A DNA stretch of 38,155 bases from Chiloscyllium plagiosum (Eukaryota), in the NCBI RefSeq assembly GCF_004010195.1, contig NC_057749.1, positions 8,744,293 to 8,782,447 on the forward strand, in the 5' to 3' direction. The notes below the pieces were generated by a model, which had not been told where the DNA came from, ran no database searches, and was given only the letters and a program-made list of their open reading frames with translations. How positions within the stretch are numbered: the stretch's first letter is position 1; every line of letters starts with the position of its first letter. The translations under genes and the position numbers were made by a program. Shown one piece after another: positions 11,091 to 22,932 of this stretch.

Positions 11091-11641
11091 GTAAGGGAAA
11101 AAAAATTCATCATCTCTCTTGTATAACATGAAGACAGGGCGATCGAAGTGTTGTGCGTTCTCTCTCTCAATCTATACTGTGTATGTGTGGGTGCGCGCGT
11201 TTGAGTTAGAGAAAAGCAAAAATTAAAATGCATCCTGAAGAAAGTGTCCCCTGCAACCCATCTGGGCTGCAGGGGGGCAATTTTCCTCCCCTTTTTGTCT
11301 GTAAAAGAAAAGTTTGTGTAGAGGGTTTTGGGTGAACGTATAAGAGAGAGAGAGTTCAGGCTCTATCAGCCTGTTGTGTGTTGGAGATGGAAATTGAGAG
11401 TGAGGTTAGATCGCCGCGTTTCAGGGCTGTTTAAGGTCGGATTAATTTTTATTTGTGCACACATCGAATGTGCTTTGAGTTCAGTCGGGATGCGGGTTTT
11501 CGTTCCTTTTTTTGAAAAAAATACAACCAGGTCAGGTTGGGAATGTGTGTGGGGGGGGGGATCCTCATTGTTCTGCACCGTCTCTGGCTGCTGTTCGGTG
11601 GAGTTTGTCCCGATTGTTTTGCTTGTCGCTTTTATAGAATT

Positions 11642-11683
11642 NNNNNNNNNNNNNNNNNNNNNNNNNNNNNNNNNNNNNNNNNN
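11642..11683. other. Assembly gap (42 N)
   Basis: Run of N. Confidence 1.
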
Positions 11684-12384
11684 GGGTTTTTGCTGTTTCT
11701 GTTTGCGAGGTTGGGGGGGATAGGCTGCAGTCTTAGATCACATACTGCTCTTCCCCCCCACCCCCCCACAAGGAGAAGGGAAACTGGTTTCCAGATTTGT
11801 CTTCCTTCCTAATTGTTGTCCTTTTTTTTTATTTCACGGCTTCTTTTCTCTCTCTCCCTCTCCCTCGCTCTCTCTGTGTAACTTTTCTCCAAAGCTGGAA
11901 AGGTTGACAAGTTGCTTAAGCATTTATTAAGGCCCGTATTCCCCCCCTCCCGTCCCCTCCCGTGCTGGGTGGGTCGATCATGGGAATTGCAACCTTCCTG
12001 AAGTGTTTTTTTTTGGGTCAAGTTTCCCGGCTGAAACTGACGCTGCCTCCTTCATGTGACAAACATTTGCTGGGGGCCAGAGAACCGAACTATCCCAAGT
12101 CATTCCCTGTTGGAAATCGTTCCAGAGAAATCCACATGGAACAATTAGCTATTTCTCTCCCAGTCAAAACCATTACACCCTCACTGCCCCTCACACACAC
12201 ACACTCTGATTCAACAATGTTTAACATCAACAGCTGGAATTTCGTTTAAAATCTATTGGTTACATTCTAGCATTTGTTCAGTCTTTGTCTTAAATGGCCA
12301 AGTCTCTGTAGTTCTTGCTTTATATCCATGTATTTGTCTCTGTCTTTGCAATATAAATAGCTTGGTGAGACAGAATGTAAGCAT

Positions 12385-14630
12385 CGCTAATGAGAGACAC
12401 TGTGTCATTCAGGTAAAGGGACATCTGACTGAAGAGGTGCTGGAGGTTTTAAAACACATGAGTTGGAGGCTTTCAAAAGTGTGATAACAAGAGTTTGGAG
12501 GCATTATTACCCTTCACTCCTGTTAGAGTGAAGGGTAAGGCTGGTAAGAGCAGGGAGTCGTGGATGAGTAAAGACATTGAGGTTCTGGTCCAGCATAAGA
12601 AGGAGGCATAGTTAGATGTAGGAGAGAGTGAGGACTGCAGATGTTGGAGATCAGGGTCGAGACTGTGGTGCTGGAAAAGCACAACAGGTCAGGCAATGTC
12701 CGAGGAGCAGGAGAATCGACGTTTCAGGCAAGGGCTCTTCATCAGGATTGAGGATTTAGTTATAGACAGTTTGGATCAAGTGAATCTCTTGAGTGTAAAG
12801 GGTGTAGAGACATTCTTAAGAGGGAAATTGGGAGAGCAGAAAGCAGCCATGAGATTGCCTTGGCTGATAAGGTTAAGGATAATCCAAAGAGATTGTGCAA
12901 GTACATTAAGAGTAAAAGAACAACTAGGGAGAGAACAGGGCCCCTTAAAGATCAATGAGGTTGTCGATATGTTGAACCTCAGGAGGTCGGAGAGATACTG
13001 AATTAATATTTCACATCAGTTTTTACTAGAGAGAAAGAAATGGAGGCTAGGGAATTTGGGGAAATAATGATGTTATAAAACAGTTAATGTTACAGAAGAG
13101 GAAATGCTGGCAGAAAATATAAAGTTGGATAAATCTCTGGGACCTGATCAAGTGTATCCCAGGATGTTGTGGGAAGTTAGGGAGGAAATTGCAGGGCCCC
13201 AAGCAGAGGTATTTGTATTATCTGTAACCGTAAATGAGGTGCTGGAGGACTGGAGGGTGGCTAACGTTGTCTTTATTTAAGAAAGGCTGTAAGGAGAAGC
13301 CTGGGAACGATAGACCTGTGGGTCTGACATCCAGTAAGTTGGTGGAGGAGATTCTGAAAGATAGGATATTACATGCATTTGGAGGGGCAAGGACTGATTA
13401 GGGATAGTCAGCGTGGTGTTGTGGCGAGGGAAGTTGTGACGCACAAACTTGAGTTTTTTGAGGAAGTGACCAAAAAGATTGAGGGCAGAGCAGTAGATGT
13501 TGTTTACATGGACTTTAGTAAAGCCTTTGACAAGGTTCCGAATGCTAGACTAATTAGTAAAGTTAGATCACGTGGGATTCAGGATGAGCTTGCCAATTCG
13601 ATACAAAATTGGCTTTACAGAAGGAGAGAGAGGAAGGTATTGGAGGGTTGTTTCTGGAACTGGGGGCCTGTGACCAATGGTGTTCCACAGGGATTTGTAC
13701 TGTGTTCACTGTTGTTTATCATTTATGTAAACAATTTTGAAGAGAATTTAGGATGTGTTGTTAGTAAGTTCGCAGATGACGCCAAAATTGGTGGTATATT
13801 TGACAGTGAAGAAGGTTATCTAAGATTACAAAGAGATCTTGAACAATTGGGTCAATGGGCTGAGGAGTGGCAGAAGGAGATTGATTTGGATAAATGCGAG
13901 GTATTGCATTTGGGTAAAACAAACAGGGCAGGACTTGTACAATTAATGGTAGGGCCCTGGGTAGTGTTGTAGAACAGATATCTAGGGGTTCAGGTACATT
14001 TTTTTTTTAAATTTGCCTCACATGTAGACAGGATGATTAGGAACTCGCTTGGCACACTTGCCTTTGGTGCTCAGACCTAATGACTATAGGAGTTACATGT
14101 CATGTTGAGCTTATACAGGACATTGGTGAGGCCTTTTCCGGAGTTTTGGTGTCCCTGCCATAGAACGATATTATTAAATTGGAGATGGTTCAGAAAAGAT
14201 GTTGCTGGGAATGGGAAGGCTAGAGTTATAAAGATAGGCTGGGAATTTCTTTCACTGGAGCGTAGGAGATTGAGGGGTTGACCTTTTAAAAATCATGAGG
14301 GGCAAAGATAAGATGTATGGCAAGGGCCTTTTCCCTAGGGTGGGGGAATTCAAAACTAGGGGGTATATCTTTTCAAGGTGAAAGATTCAAAAAAGGCCCA
14401 AGGGAATGTCTTTTATACAGAGAGTGGTTCACTTGTGGAATGAACTGCCAGAGGAAGTGGTGGATGCACGCACAGTTATAACATTTAAAGAATTTTGAAT
14501 AAGTATGTGAATAGAAATAGTTTGGAGGGATATGGGCCAAATACAGGCAGGTGGGACTAGTTTAGTTTGGGAACATGTTTGGTGTGGATTAATTGGACTG
14601 AAGGGCCTGTTTCCTTGCTGTATGACTCAA
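12385..14630 (+). mobile_element. HER1/CR1 LINE, ~2.2 kb 5'-truncated copy with decayed RT
   Basis: ORF 13373-13972 has VDVVYMDFSKAFDKVP, GVPQGFVL and SKFADD. Frameshifted; CR1 3' tail present. Confidence 0.95.
12621..12749 (-). mobile_element. PLE-like hammerhead-bearing element nested in CR1
   Basis: Same start as 931 and 4830. Minus strand AATC-CTGATGA-A-GAGC-cctt-GCCT-GAAA-cg-TC-GATT. Confidence 0.8.
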
Positions 14631-14907
14631 TTTTCTATTTATCAGGACAGGGATAAAGCCACAAGGTCTCGCAGCATGTTATGGCACTAAACCCGTCAGG
14701 TCTGCTCCACTAGTCAGTGAGATCATGGCTGATCTCGTAATCTGCAACGCCCCTGCCTTTCGCGCGCTGCCCTTGATTCCTTTATATAAAAAATATTAAA
14801 GGCTTTGATTCATTCAGAAACCGATCACAGAGAAAGGAAGGAAGAGCAGTTCATATAAATTGTTGTTCCCTTTTTAAATTTAGTTTTCTTGCATTCCAGT
14901 TCTGATG

Positions 14908-15457
14908 AGGCTGTTTTCCCTGGAGTGTCAGAGGTTGAGGGGTGACCTTATAGAGGTTTATAAAATCATGAGGGGCACATATCGGATAAATAGATAGTCT
15001 TTTCCCTGGGATGGGGGAGTCCAGAACTAGAGGGCAAAGATATTAAAGAGACCTAAGAGGCAACTTTTTCACACAGAGGGTGGTGCTGCCAGAGGAAGTT
15101 GTGGAGGCTGGTACAATTGCAACATTTAAAAGGCACCTGGATGGGTATATGAATAGGAAGGGTTTGGAGGGATATCGGCCGGTTGCTAGCAGGTGGGACT
15201 AGATTAGGTTGGGATATCTGGTCGGCACGGATGGGTTGGACCGAAGGGTCTGTTTCCATGCTGTATATCTCTATGACGTGGAGGCTGGTACAATTGCAAC
15301 ATTTAAAAGGCACCTGGATGGGTATATGAATAGAAAGGGTTTGGAGGGATATAGGCCGGATGCTAGCAGGTGGGACTAGATTAGGTTGGGATATCTGGTC
15401 GGCATGGATGGGTTGGACCGAAGGGTCTGTTTCCATGCTGTATATCTCTATGACTCT
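14908..15457 (+). mobile_element. HER1/CR1 3' end with 177-bp tandem duplication
   Basis: 15101-15277 is repeated at 15278-15454. Confidence 0.9.
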
Positions 15458-15619
15458 TGAGTGCACAAGAAAAGGCTTGACTTTGCATCTCTTTTAAGCA
15501 ACCTGTAAGATAAATATCAAAAGTAAGGTGTTAAGTTTGTTCATGTGATTGCTTGGCTCTCTCCAGTTCTCTCACTCTGGGAATTTTGTGTCCACGTAGC
15601 ACTGAGTTAGACATAACTT

Positions 15620-16085
15620 GGTCATGTGCACAATGACTTATGAAGAGTTTGAGCAGTTTAGGCTTATCCTCTTTTGGAGTTGGCAAGAGCAAGAGGAGAT
15701 CTGATTGAGATCTACAAGATGCTAAAAGGGGATTGACAAAGTAGTCGTAGCGAGGATGTTTCCCCTTGTGGGACAGTCTCGAGCGCGAGGTAATCGTTTT
15801 AGAATAAGGGGTGGGGCAGATTTAAAACCGATGAGAGGAGAAACAATTGCTCTCGAAGGGTCACGAATGTGTGGATTTCACTCCCCCAGGGAGCAGGGGC
15901 ATTGAGTAAATTAAAGAAGGAAACCTGCTTTTAATTAGTGATGGGCTGAAGGGGTATGGAGAGCTGGCAGGAAAATGGTGTTGAAGCTGAGATGAGATCA
16001 GCTATGATGGTGTTGAGAGGTGGAGTCGGCTCAAGGGGCTGAATTGTCTACTGCTGCTTCTAGATGTTGGCTTCTAATGTTCTTT
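15620..16085 (+). mobile_element. Older CR1-clade LINE 3' end
   Basis: RGDLIEIYKMLKG; tail GGCTCAAGGGGCTGAATTGTCTACTGCTGCTTCT. Confidence 0.75.
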
Positions 16086-16171
16086 TAATAGTGCTTGTAA
16101 TGTAATGGAGTGGCCCAAAGGAACTCTACAGGAGTATGATCAAACAAAACACCACTCTTCCTAAAAATTCC

Positions 16172-16482
16172 TAGAATCCCTACAGTGTGGAAACAGGCCA
16201 TTTGGCCTAACAAGTCCACACTGACCCTCCGAAGAGTATCCCACCTAGACCCAATCCCCTACCCTATTACTTTACATTTCCCCTGACTAATGCACCTAAC
16301 CTACACATCCCTGACACTTTGGGCAATTGAGCATGGCCAATTCACCTGACCTGCACATCTTTGGACAATGGGAGGAAACCCACACAGACACTGGGAGAAA
16401 GACACTCGCCCAAGGCTGGAATCAAACCTGGTCCCTGATGCTGCGAGGCAGCAGTGCTAGCCACTGAGCCACCGTGCCGCCC
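16172..16482 (-). mobile_element. HE1-type SINE
   Basis: Ends in CCACTGAGCCACCGTGCCGCCC (reverse-complement head). Confidence 0.9.
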
Positions 16483-16494
16483 AAGGTGAATTTC

Positions 16495-16880
16495 AGTTCA
16501 AATGACCAAATATTTGGTCAATATTGGAGGCTTCAAGAACTGTCCTCCAGGAGGAGAGTGAGGTAGCACGTGGGAGAGGGAATTCCAGAACTCGATGCCC
16601 TGGCATCTGAAGACACGGCCAGCAGTGATGGAGCAATCACAATTAGAGGAGCCCAGAGAGCTCGGAGTGTTGTGGGGCTGGTGGAGACAGAGAGGGGCGA
16701 GCTCACAGACGGATTTGAAAACCAGGATTAAAAATGTTAAAATCAACACATTGCTGGACTGGGACTCAGCATTGAACATTGAGCACATGGCACGATCGGG
16801 AAATGGGACTCGCTGCGCGGTGAGAAACAATCAGCGGGGCTTTGGATGAGCCCTTGTTTCTGGAGGGTAGAATCGGAGAG
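16495..16880 (-). mobile_element. L2-clade LINE 3' fragment
   Basis: Minus ORF: FLILVFKS..LAP..AGRVFRCQGIEFWNSL. Confidence 0.7.
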
Positions 16881-16894
16881 ACCAGCCAGTTGGA

Positions 16895-17045
16895 CTCTTT
16901 GATGTGCAGAGTTGGCGGATAAGCCATGGGAAATGCCGGGTTACATGGATAGGTAAGGGGTATAGGTCTGGATGCGATGCTCTTTGGAGGGTCGAAGTGG
17001 ATTCGATGGGCTGAATGGCCTGTTTCCACACTGTAGGGATTCTGC
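16895..17045 (+). mobile_element. HE1-type SINE 3' half
   Basis: GGCCTGTTTCCACACTGTAGGGATTCT tail. Confidence 0.75.
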
Positions 17046-17677
17046 AATTCTTCAAATCTCAAATTAACAGAAGTATACCTGATGGATTCAGCAGAAGCTG
17101 AGCTGAATCAAGCAGCTGAGTGATGTTACAGAAATCGCTGTGCAATGGACATTTTTTTAAAACTATGAAAATGCAAAACTGGGACCTGGTGTAGAAAATG
17201 TCTAATCTTTACCATCAGGACCATTGATTTTCAGCATCTGAATAAGGAAGGAAGACTCCATTATCCAAAACTTTAAGGATTGCAATCTGCTCTATTATCT
17301 GTGGAATTTGCAAACCAGCTTGTCTCAAGAAAAATTGACACAATTATTTTAAAAGGAAAGACTTGAGACTCTAAATACACATTTGCTCAGTAGCTCATAA
17401 CGTTGAGAATGTTCAAATTGTGGTTAAATCTCTGTGTTAGTCATCCAAATGATAGAGCTAATAATCTGGAAAGGTGGGCTAACATTCCATGACACCAGCT
17501 GGGGAATTTAAATGCACTTTAATAAATCTGGAATCTGTTTTAGTAATCCGTGAAATGTCTGGATTGTTGATTTAAAAATTCCATCTGGTTCATTAGTGCC
17601 TATTTCAGAGGAGGAAATCTGTCCAGACTGTGAGCATTGTTGTTGCTTCCTAACCTTCCTCTGAGCTAGACTCTTAG

Positions 17678-18172
17678 TTATAGAATCATACAGCACGGAA
17701 ACAGACCCCTTGGTCCAACCAGTCCATGCCGAACATAATCCCACCTGCCTGCTCCTGGCCCATATTCCTCCAAACCTTTGCTTTTCATGTACTTATCCAA
17801 AAGTCTTTTAACAATTGTAACTGTACCCACCTGCACCACTTCCTCTGGAAATCCATTCCACACAAGAACCACCTTCTGGGTAAACAAAAAGAAATGCCCC
17901 TCATATCTTTATCATTCTTTTTCCTCTCACCTTAAAATTGTACCCCTAGTCTTTTCCCTAGGATGGGGGAATTTCAAGCCAACTACTGTTAACTCTATCT
18001 GTACCCCTCAATATTTTATGAACTTCTATGAGGTCGCCTCTCAACCTCTTATCCGATGAAAACAGTCCCAGCCTTTCTTTATAACTCAAACCTTCCTTAC
18101 TTGGCAACATCCTGGTAAATCTCTTCTGAACCCTCTCCAGCTTAATAATATCCTTCCTATAACTGGGTGACC
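17678..18172 (-). mobile_element. HER1/CR1 LINE 3' end
   Basis: Minus ORF FTQKVVLVWNGFPEEVV..RLLDKYM. Confidence 0.88.
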
Positions 18173-18194
18173 AACTGGGCAGTTAGTGTTAGCA

Positions 18195-18295
18195 ATAAAA
18201 ACAGAAAGTGCTAGAAAAGCTCAGCAGGTTTGGCAGCATTTGTGGAGAGTGAAACAGATGTTTCTCTTTCAAGTCCAGCGACTCTTTGTCAACCC
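18195..18295 (-). mobile_element. PLE-like element arm with U3-A8 hammerhead remnant
   Basis: Minus strand TTGACAA-A-GAGTC-gctg-GACTT-GAAA at 18292-18267. Confidence 0.6.
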
Positions 18296-18299
18296 CGAG

Positions 18300-18445
18300 A
18301 CAGGCTGTTTAACATCTCAGCTGAAAGACAGTACCTCTGACAATGCAGCACTCCCTCAGTAGTGAACTGGAATGTCAGCTTGGGTTCAAAGGTCAGCAGA
18401 GGGACTCAAACCTCTGACTCAGACATGAGTGTTATCCATAGCTAA
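18300..18445 (-). mobile_element. Deu-type SINE (SacSINE1/AmnSINE-like) 5' fragment
   Basis: TTTAACATCTCAGCTGAAAGACAGTACCTCTGACAATGCAGCACTCCCTCAGTAGTGAACTGG matches the recalled family consensus. Confidence 0.6.
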
Positions 18446-18454
18446 TGAGAAGAA

Positions 18455-18945
18455 GAGGAATTATTCACCAACTTTTACAGATGCACCATGGAAAGCATTC
18501 TATCCGGGTGCATCATGACTTGGTACGGCAATTGCTCTGCCCAGGACTGTACAAAACTACAGAGTTGTAAACACAGCCCAGACCACCACGGAAGTTAATC
18601 CCCCATCCATGAATCTACACTTCTCATTGCCACAGAACGGCTGCCAACATCATCAAAGACCCCTCCCACCCCGGTATGCTCTCTTCCAACCTCTTCCGTT
18701 AGGCAGAAGATACAGAAGCTTGAACACACGCACCAACAGGTTCAAGAACAGCTCCTTCCCCGCCGTTATTAGACTGCTGAAGGGATCTCTCCAACTTTAA
18801 ATCTAATATTGATCTTGCTTTATGCGTCCCCTATGCAGCTGTAGCCTTGTATGCCTTGCTCTGTGTAAGCACCCTGGACTGCTCTCAAAACAAAACCTTT
18901 CACTGTACTTGGGTACAAGGGACAACAGTAAATCAAACCAAATCA
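18455..18945 (+). mobile_element. Rex1/Babar-clade LINE 3' end
   Basis: TNFYRCTMESILSGCIMTWYGNCSAQD and LFQPLPLGRRYRSLNTRTNRFKNSSFPAVIRLL; (AAATC)n tail. Confidence 0.85.
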
Positions 18946-19652
18946 TATTCCAGAAAAGAAATGGACAACTGTTGTTGAAAATAATTTAACAGGGAAGGAA
19001 TCCCTAAGTGATTTGTCCCCCAGGTCTCTCCGTCCCAGCCCCAAGCACCGGCAAATCAGCAGAAAGCTAATGTTGGAAGTGAGTTGGGTTTTGATTGCTG
19101 GGTGAAATGTGATAAAATCCCTCTCGGGAACACAGACCCCGATTTGAACCTGAAACCTCACAACGAGCAGACCCCTCCAAACCAATGTAGGGGCTCTTCA
19201 AAGTCTCAGTGGTTACCCTGTTTTTTAAGGTTGGAAGCTGCTCTGTGTTTCTTTTTTTTTTGTTTGAGATTGCTGCTGCCAGACACTGCAAGCTGCACAT
19301 TGGGAAATTAATACGGCACGTGTACACTACCTGAAGGATGACCTGCAGCCACATCGTCAGCTGATGCTTCACCCTGAAGCCATTTTCTGACATGTAGTGT
19401 TTTGCTATTGCTGGTCACCCTCAGGCATGGGTTAAGGAACGCAATTCTAAGCTGGAGTTGAAGCAGGAATTGGGCTGTTGTTTTGCCTCTCAGCCATCTA
19501 ACCAGCGGAGCTAATCAATCACCCGAGGAAATTATCCTTTGTGACTTTAGGTTAAGATCGTGGATTTCACTCATTGAGCCCTGTTGGTGTCTGCCATTGC
19601 ACTGAGGAGCTTGGTTGTAAGGACCTCACAACCTAATCGATTTGCCATCAAG

Positions 19653-19755
19653 CAGTCCTGATGAAGGGTCACTGGACCTGAAATGTTAACTCTGCTTTCT
19701 CTCCACAGATGATGCCAGACCTGCTGAGTTTTCCCAGCCATTTCAGTTTTTGTGG
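19653..19755 (+). mobile_element. PLE-like element arm with hammerhead motif, sense to ARID3 intron 1
   Basis: CTGATGA(19658-19664)-A-GGGTC-actg-GACCT-GAAA-tg-TT-AACT. Confidence 0.7.
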
Positions 19756-19819
19756 CATAGAGTAGGCATCTGTTGGCACCCAGCTTTGTGTTGACGCTGT
19801 TTGGCTCTCTGGTTAAACG

Positions 19820-20235
19820 ATCTGACCAAGGCAAAGTAGCTCATTGGATTGCCACTGCATCCAGCACCTTCAATGTTCACTCCCTCTCCTCCACCACATG
19901 CTGTGAGGGCGTCATTGAGTGCCCTCTACAAGAAGTACTCGCCAAGACTTATTCAACATGAACCTTCCAAGTCCGGAACCTCAACCATCTAGAAGGACAA
20001 TGCAGCAGAGGCATGGGATCATAGAGTATCTCGAGTATCCATCCAACCCCACATCGTCCTGACTTAAAATATATCAGCTTTTCCTTCACTGTCGCTGGGT
20101 CAAAGTCCTGTCACTTCCTCCTGAGGGCATCTCAACAAGGAGAACAGCAGTGAAAGATGCTGGCTCAACACTGCCTCCTCCTGGGCAGTTAGGGACAGAC
20201 AACAATACGTGGGCAGAGCCAACACTATGAAAGAG
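19820..20235 (+). mobile_element. Old LINE 3' end (probable partner of SINE family 2)
   Basis: Homologous to 33250-33558 (CCTTCCAA..CCATCTAGAAGGA..CATGGGA; GGGCAGTTAGGGA tail). Confidence 0.6.
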
Positions 20236-20339
20236 CAAAACAAAATCTCCATCCTTTTTAATAGGTAAAGGTTATGGAAGAACGGTTAGGTTTTATACTT
20301 TGGGGTTTGAGTTATAAGCAGAGGCAGGATATAATCAAA

Positions 20340-20656
20340 GAATCTCCACATTGTAGAAGCAGGTGATTCGGCCCATTGAGTCCACACTACCCCGCCGAAT
20401 AGCATTGCACACAGACCCACTTCCCTACTCTATAACCTTGAATTTCCCATGGCTAGCCCACCTACCCTCCTCATCCCTGGGCACAATGGGCAATTTAGCA
20501 TGGCCAATCCACCCTGACCTGCACATCTTTGGACTGTGGGAGGAAACCCGTACAGACACAGGGAGAATGTGCAAACTCCACACAGACAGTCGCCTGAGGC
20601 TGGAATCAAACCCTAGTCCCTGGCGCTGTGAGGCAGCAGTGCTAACCACTGAACCA
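20340..20656 (-). mobile_element. HE1-type SINE
   Basis: Reverse-complement head and V-domain. Confidence 0.9.
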
Positions 20657-21070
20657 CTGGGACTTCTTTCCCCTGGAGTGACAGAGGCTGAGGGGTGACC
20701 TTATCGAGATTTATAAAATCATGAAGGTCATGGATAGGGTGAATAGCCAAGGTCTTTTTTCTGGGGTGCGGGAGCCCAAAACAAGAGGGCATAGGTTTAA
20801 GGCGAGAGGGGAAAGATTTTAAAAGGGACCTGAGGCGCAACTTTTTCACACAGAGGGTGGTATTTGTATGGAACAAGCTACTAGAGGAAGTGGTGGAGGC
20901 TGGTACAATTACAACATTTAAAAGACATTTGGACAGGAACATTGGGCAGGACGAGTTTAGAGGGATACAGTTCAAACATAGGCAAGTGGGTCTAGTTTAA
21001 TTTTGGGAAACCTGGTCGGTATGATGAGTTGTGCCGAAGGGTCTGTTTCCGTGCTGTATGAGTCTGCGAC
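20657..21070 (+). mobile_element. HER1/CR1 LINE 3' end
   Basis: CTGAGGGGTGACCTTATCGAGATTTATAAAATCATG through the tail GGGTCTGTTTCCGTGCTGTATG. Confidence 0.88.
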
Positions 21071-21234
21071 TGTTATCAGAGGATTCCACATATTAGTTCA
21101 CGTGTCATGTCCCTAATTCACCAAAGTTTCTGAAAGTATGGCTGTGTATTTGAACATCTAATTCATTTTATATATTGTGTTCGGTAAGCAAGATTCTCAG
21201 AAGAATATCTGAAGTTGGTATCATGTGATGAACG

Positions 21235-21530
21235 AAGGGCAGAAGGCAATGTCACTGGGTTCAAACTAAGCTAAAGCTCTGGGTCATGAGTTCAAATCCC
21301 AGCAGTCAGTGGAATTTAAATGGAATTAATAAATCTGCAGTTGTTTGTTGTCTCCGTAACGATGGCCACAAAAACGATCATTTTGTTCTTTGAAAGTCCA
21401 TTTGGTCCACCACTGTCGTTTAGGGGAGGAAATCTGCTGTCCTTATCCCGATGGCCTCCATCTGATTCCAAATCCAGAATAAATGCCCTCCAAAACTTTC
21501 ATACGATGCAAGGACAATTAGGGATGGATA
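21235..21530 (+). mobile_element. tRNA-derived SINE (family 2), degenerate
   Basis: GAGTTCAAATCCC B-box; TTTAGGGAAGGAAATCTGC; CAATTAGGGATGG. Confidence 0.55.
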
Positions 21531-21534
21531 GCAG

Positions 21535-21960
21535 AAGAGTTGCTGGGACTGATGGGTTTGAGTTACAGGAAGAGGCTGGATCGACCTTTTCACTGGAGAG
21601 TAGAAGGTTGATAGGTGACCTTATAGAGGTTTATAAAAACATGAGGGGCATGGGTAAGGTGAATGACAGGTGTCTTTTCCATAGAGTATTTCACAACTGG
21701 GGGCACAGTATTCGGGTGACAGGGGAACTTTTTTTTTAACACAGAGTGTGTTTTGTGTGTGAGATGAACCTCCAGAGGTAGTGGTGGATGTGGGTAGAGT
21801 TACAATGCTTAAAAGATATTTAGATAAGTGCATGAATTGGACTGGTTTGGAGGGATATGGGCTAAGCGCAGATAGGTGGGACTCGCTTACTTTGAGATTA
21901 TGGTCGGCATGGGCTGGTTGGACCGAAGGGTTTGTTTCTGTGCTGTATGACTCAATTACT
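21535..21960 (+). mobile_element. HER1/CR1 LINE 3' end
   Basis: FSLESRRLIGDLIEVYKNMRG; tail. Confidence 0.88.
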
Positions 21961-21985
21961 CTAAGTACCCGTCCCAATAAGATTT

Positions 21986-22030
21986 AAAACCGAGAATGCT
22001 GGAGAAACTCAGCAGGTCTGGCAGTATCTG

Positions 22031-22061
<31 letters not shown>

Positions 22062-22268
22062 AAAGTTGATGCTTCAAGTCCAGTGACCCTTTTCGGAACT
22101 GCAAGTATTTATGTACACTTTCCTAACTGTTATCAGTTTTGCAGAAGAGTTGCTGAACTCTAAGTGCTAACTTGTTTTCTGTCCACAGACGCTGCTAGAC
22201 CTGCTGAGTTTCTCCAGCAATTTCCATTTTTATTTCAGATCTTCAGCATCTGCAGTTCTTTTCTTTCA
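21986..22268. mobile_element. Older palindromic PLE-like element containing (GA)n
   Basis: Inverted arms GCTGGAGAAACTCAGCAGGTCT / AGACCTGCTGAGTTTCTCCAGC. Hammerhead cores decayed. Possible weak TSD GATTTAAAA (21981, 22275). Confidence 0.7.
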
Positions 22269-22386
22269 CAGTCGGATTTAAAATCGGTGCGATATCCACT
22301 GGAAGACTTAGTTTGCAGATTGTCAAAAGTACAGAAGATGAGCAGATGATGGAATTGGAGTGGTTAAGGTTGTGGAAGGCTTCTGT

Positions 22387-22720
22387 TTGGAGATGCTGGT
22401 GTTGGACTGGGGTGTACAAAGTTAAAAATCACACTCACTAGGTTATAGTCCAACAGGTTTAATTGGAAGCACTAGCTTTCAGAGCATTGCTCCTTCATCA
22501 GATGGTTGTGGAATACACAGTTGTAAGACACACAATTTGTAGCAGAAGTTTACAGTGTGATGTAACTAAAATTGTACATTGAAAAATACCTTGATTATTT
22601 GTTAAGTCTCTCATCTGTTAGAATGACCACGTTAGTTTCACTTCTTTCATATGTAAATTACAAAACCTTTTTTAAAAAAAGTTACATTCTAAGGTGAAAC
22701 TTTAACAATTGGCGTCAGCC
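22387..22720 (-). mobile_element. Penelope-like element terminal fragment (second family)
   Basis: Same start as 355-423, continuing into a hammerhead motif and AT-rich 3' sequence. Confidence 0.7.
22470..22504 (-). ncRNA. Minimal type-I hammerhead ribozyme motif
   Basis: Minus strand CAT-CTGATGA-A-GGAGC-aat-GCTCT-GAAA-gc-TA-GTG. Confidence 0.65.
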
Positions 22721-22932
22721 CAGATAAGGATTCGAGGGATACAAACTATTTGCCCTGTTGCAGGTGGAAGGGGGAGGACTATCTGGGTTTGAAGAGCGTA
22801 GTGGGGCAACGTTGCCCAAATGCCAAGAAGCAAGTGTGTTAGATGGCAATCAGTGTTGACTTGCAGATGGTACAGTCGATGATGCCAATGAGTGGTTAAT
22901 GTGAGCTCTGTTTTTGTTGTTTTTTTTGACAG

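Noticed and set aside
13373..13972. 199-aa reverse transcriptase ORF as a functional gene
   Set aside because: It is a fragment of a frameshifted, 5'-truncated CR1 copy interrupted by another element.
14901..14910. Isolated CTGATGA
   Set aside because: No stem II or GAAA follows, because a CR1 fragment begins immediately. It cannot be called a hammerhead or a snoRNA box.
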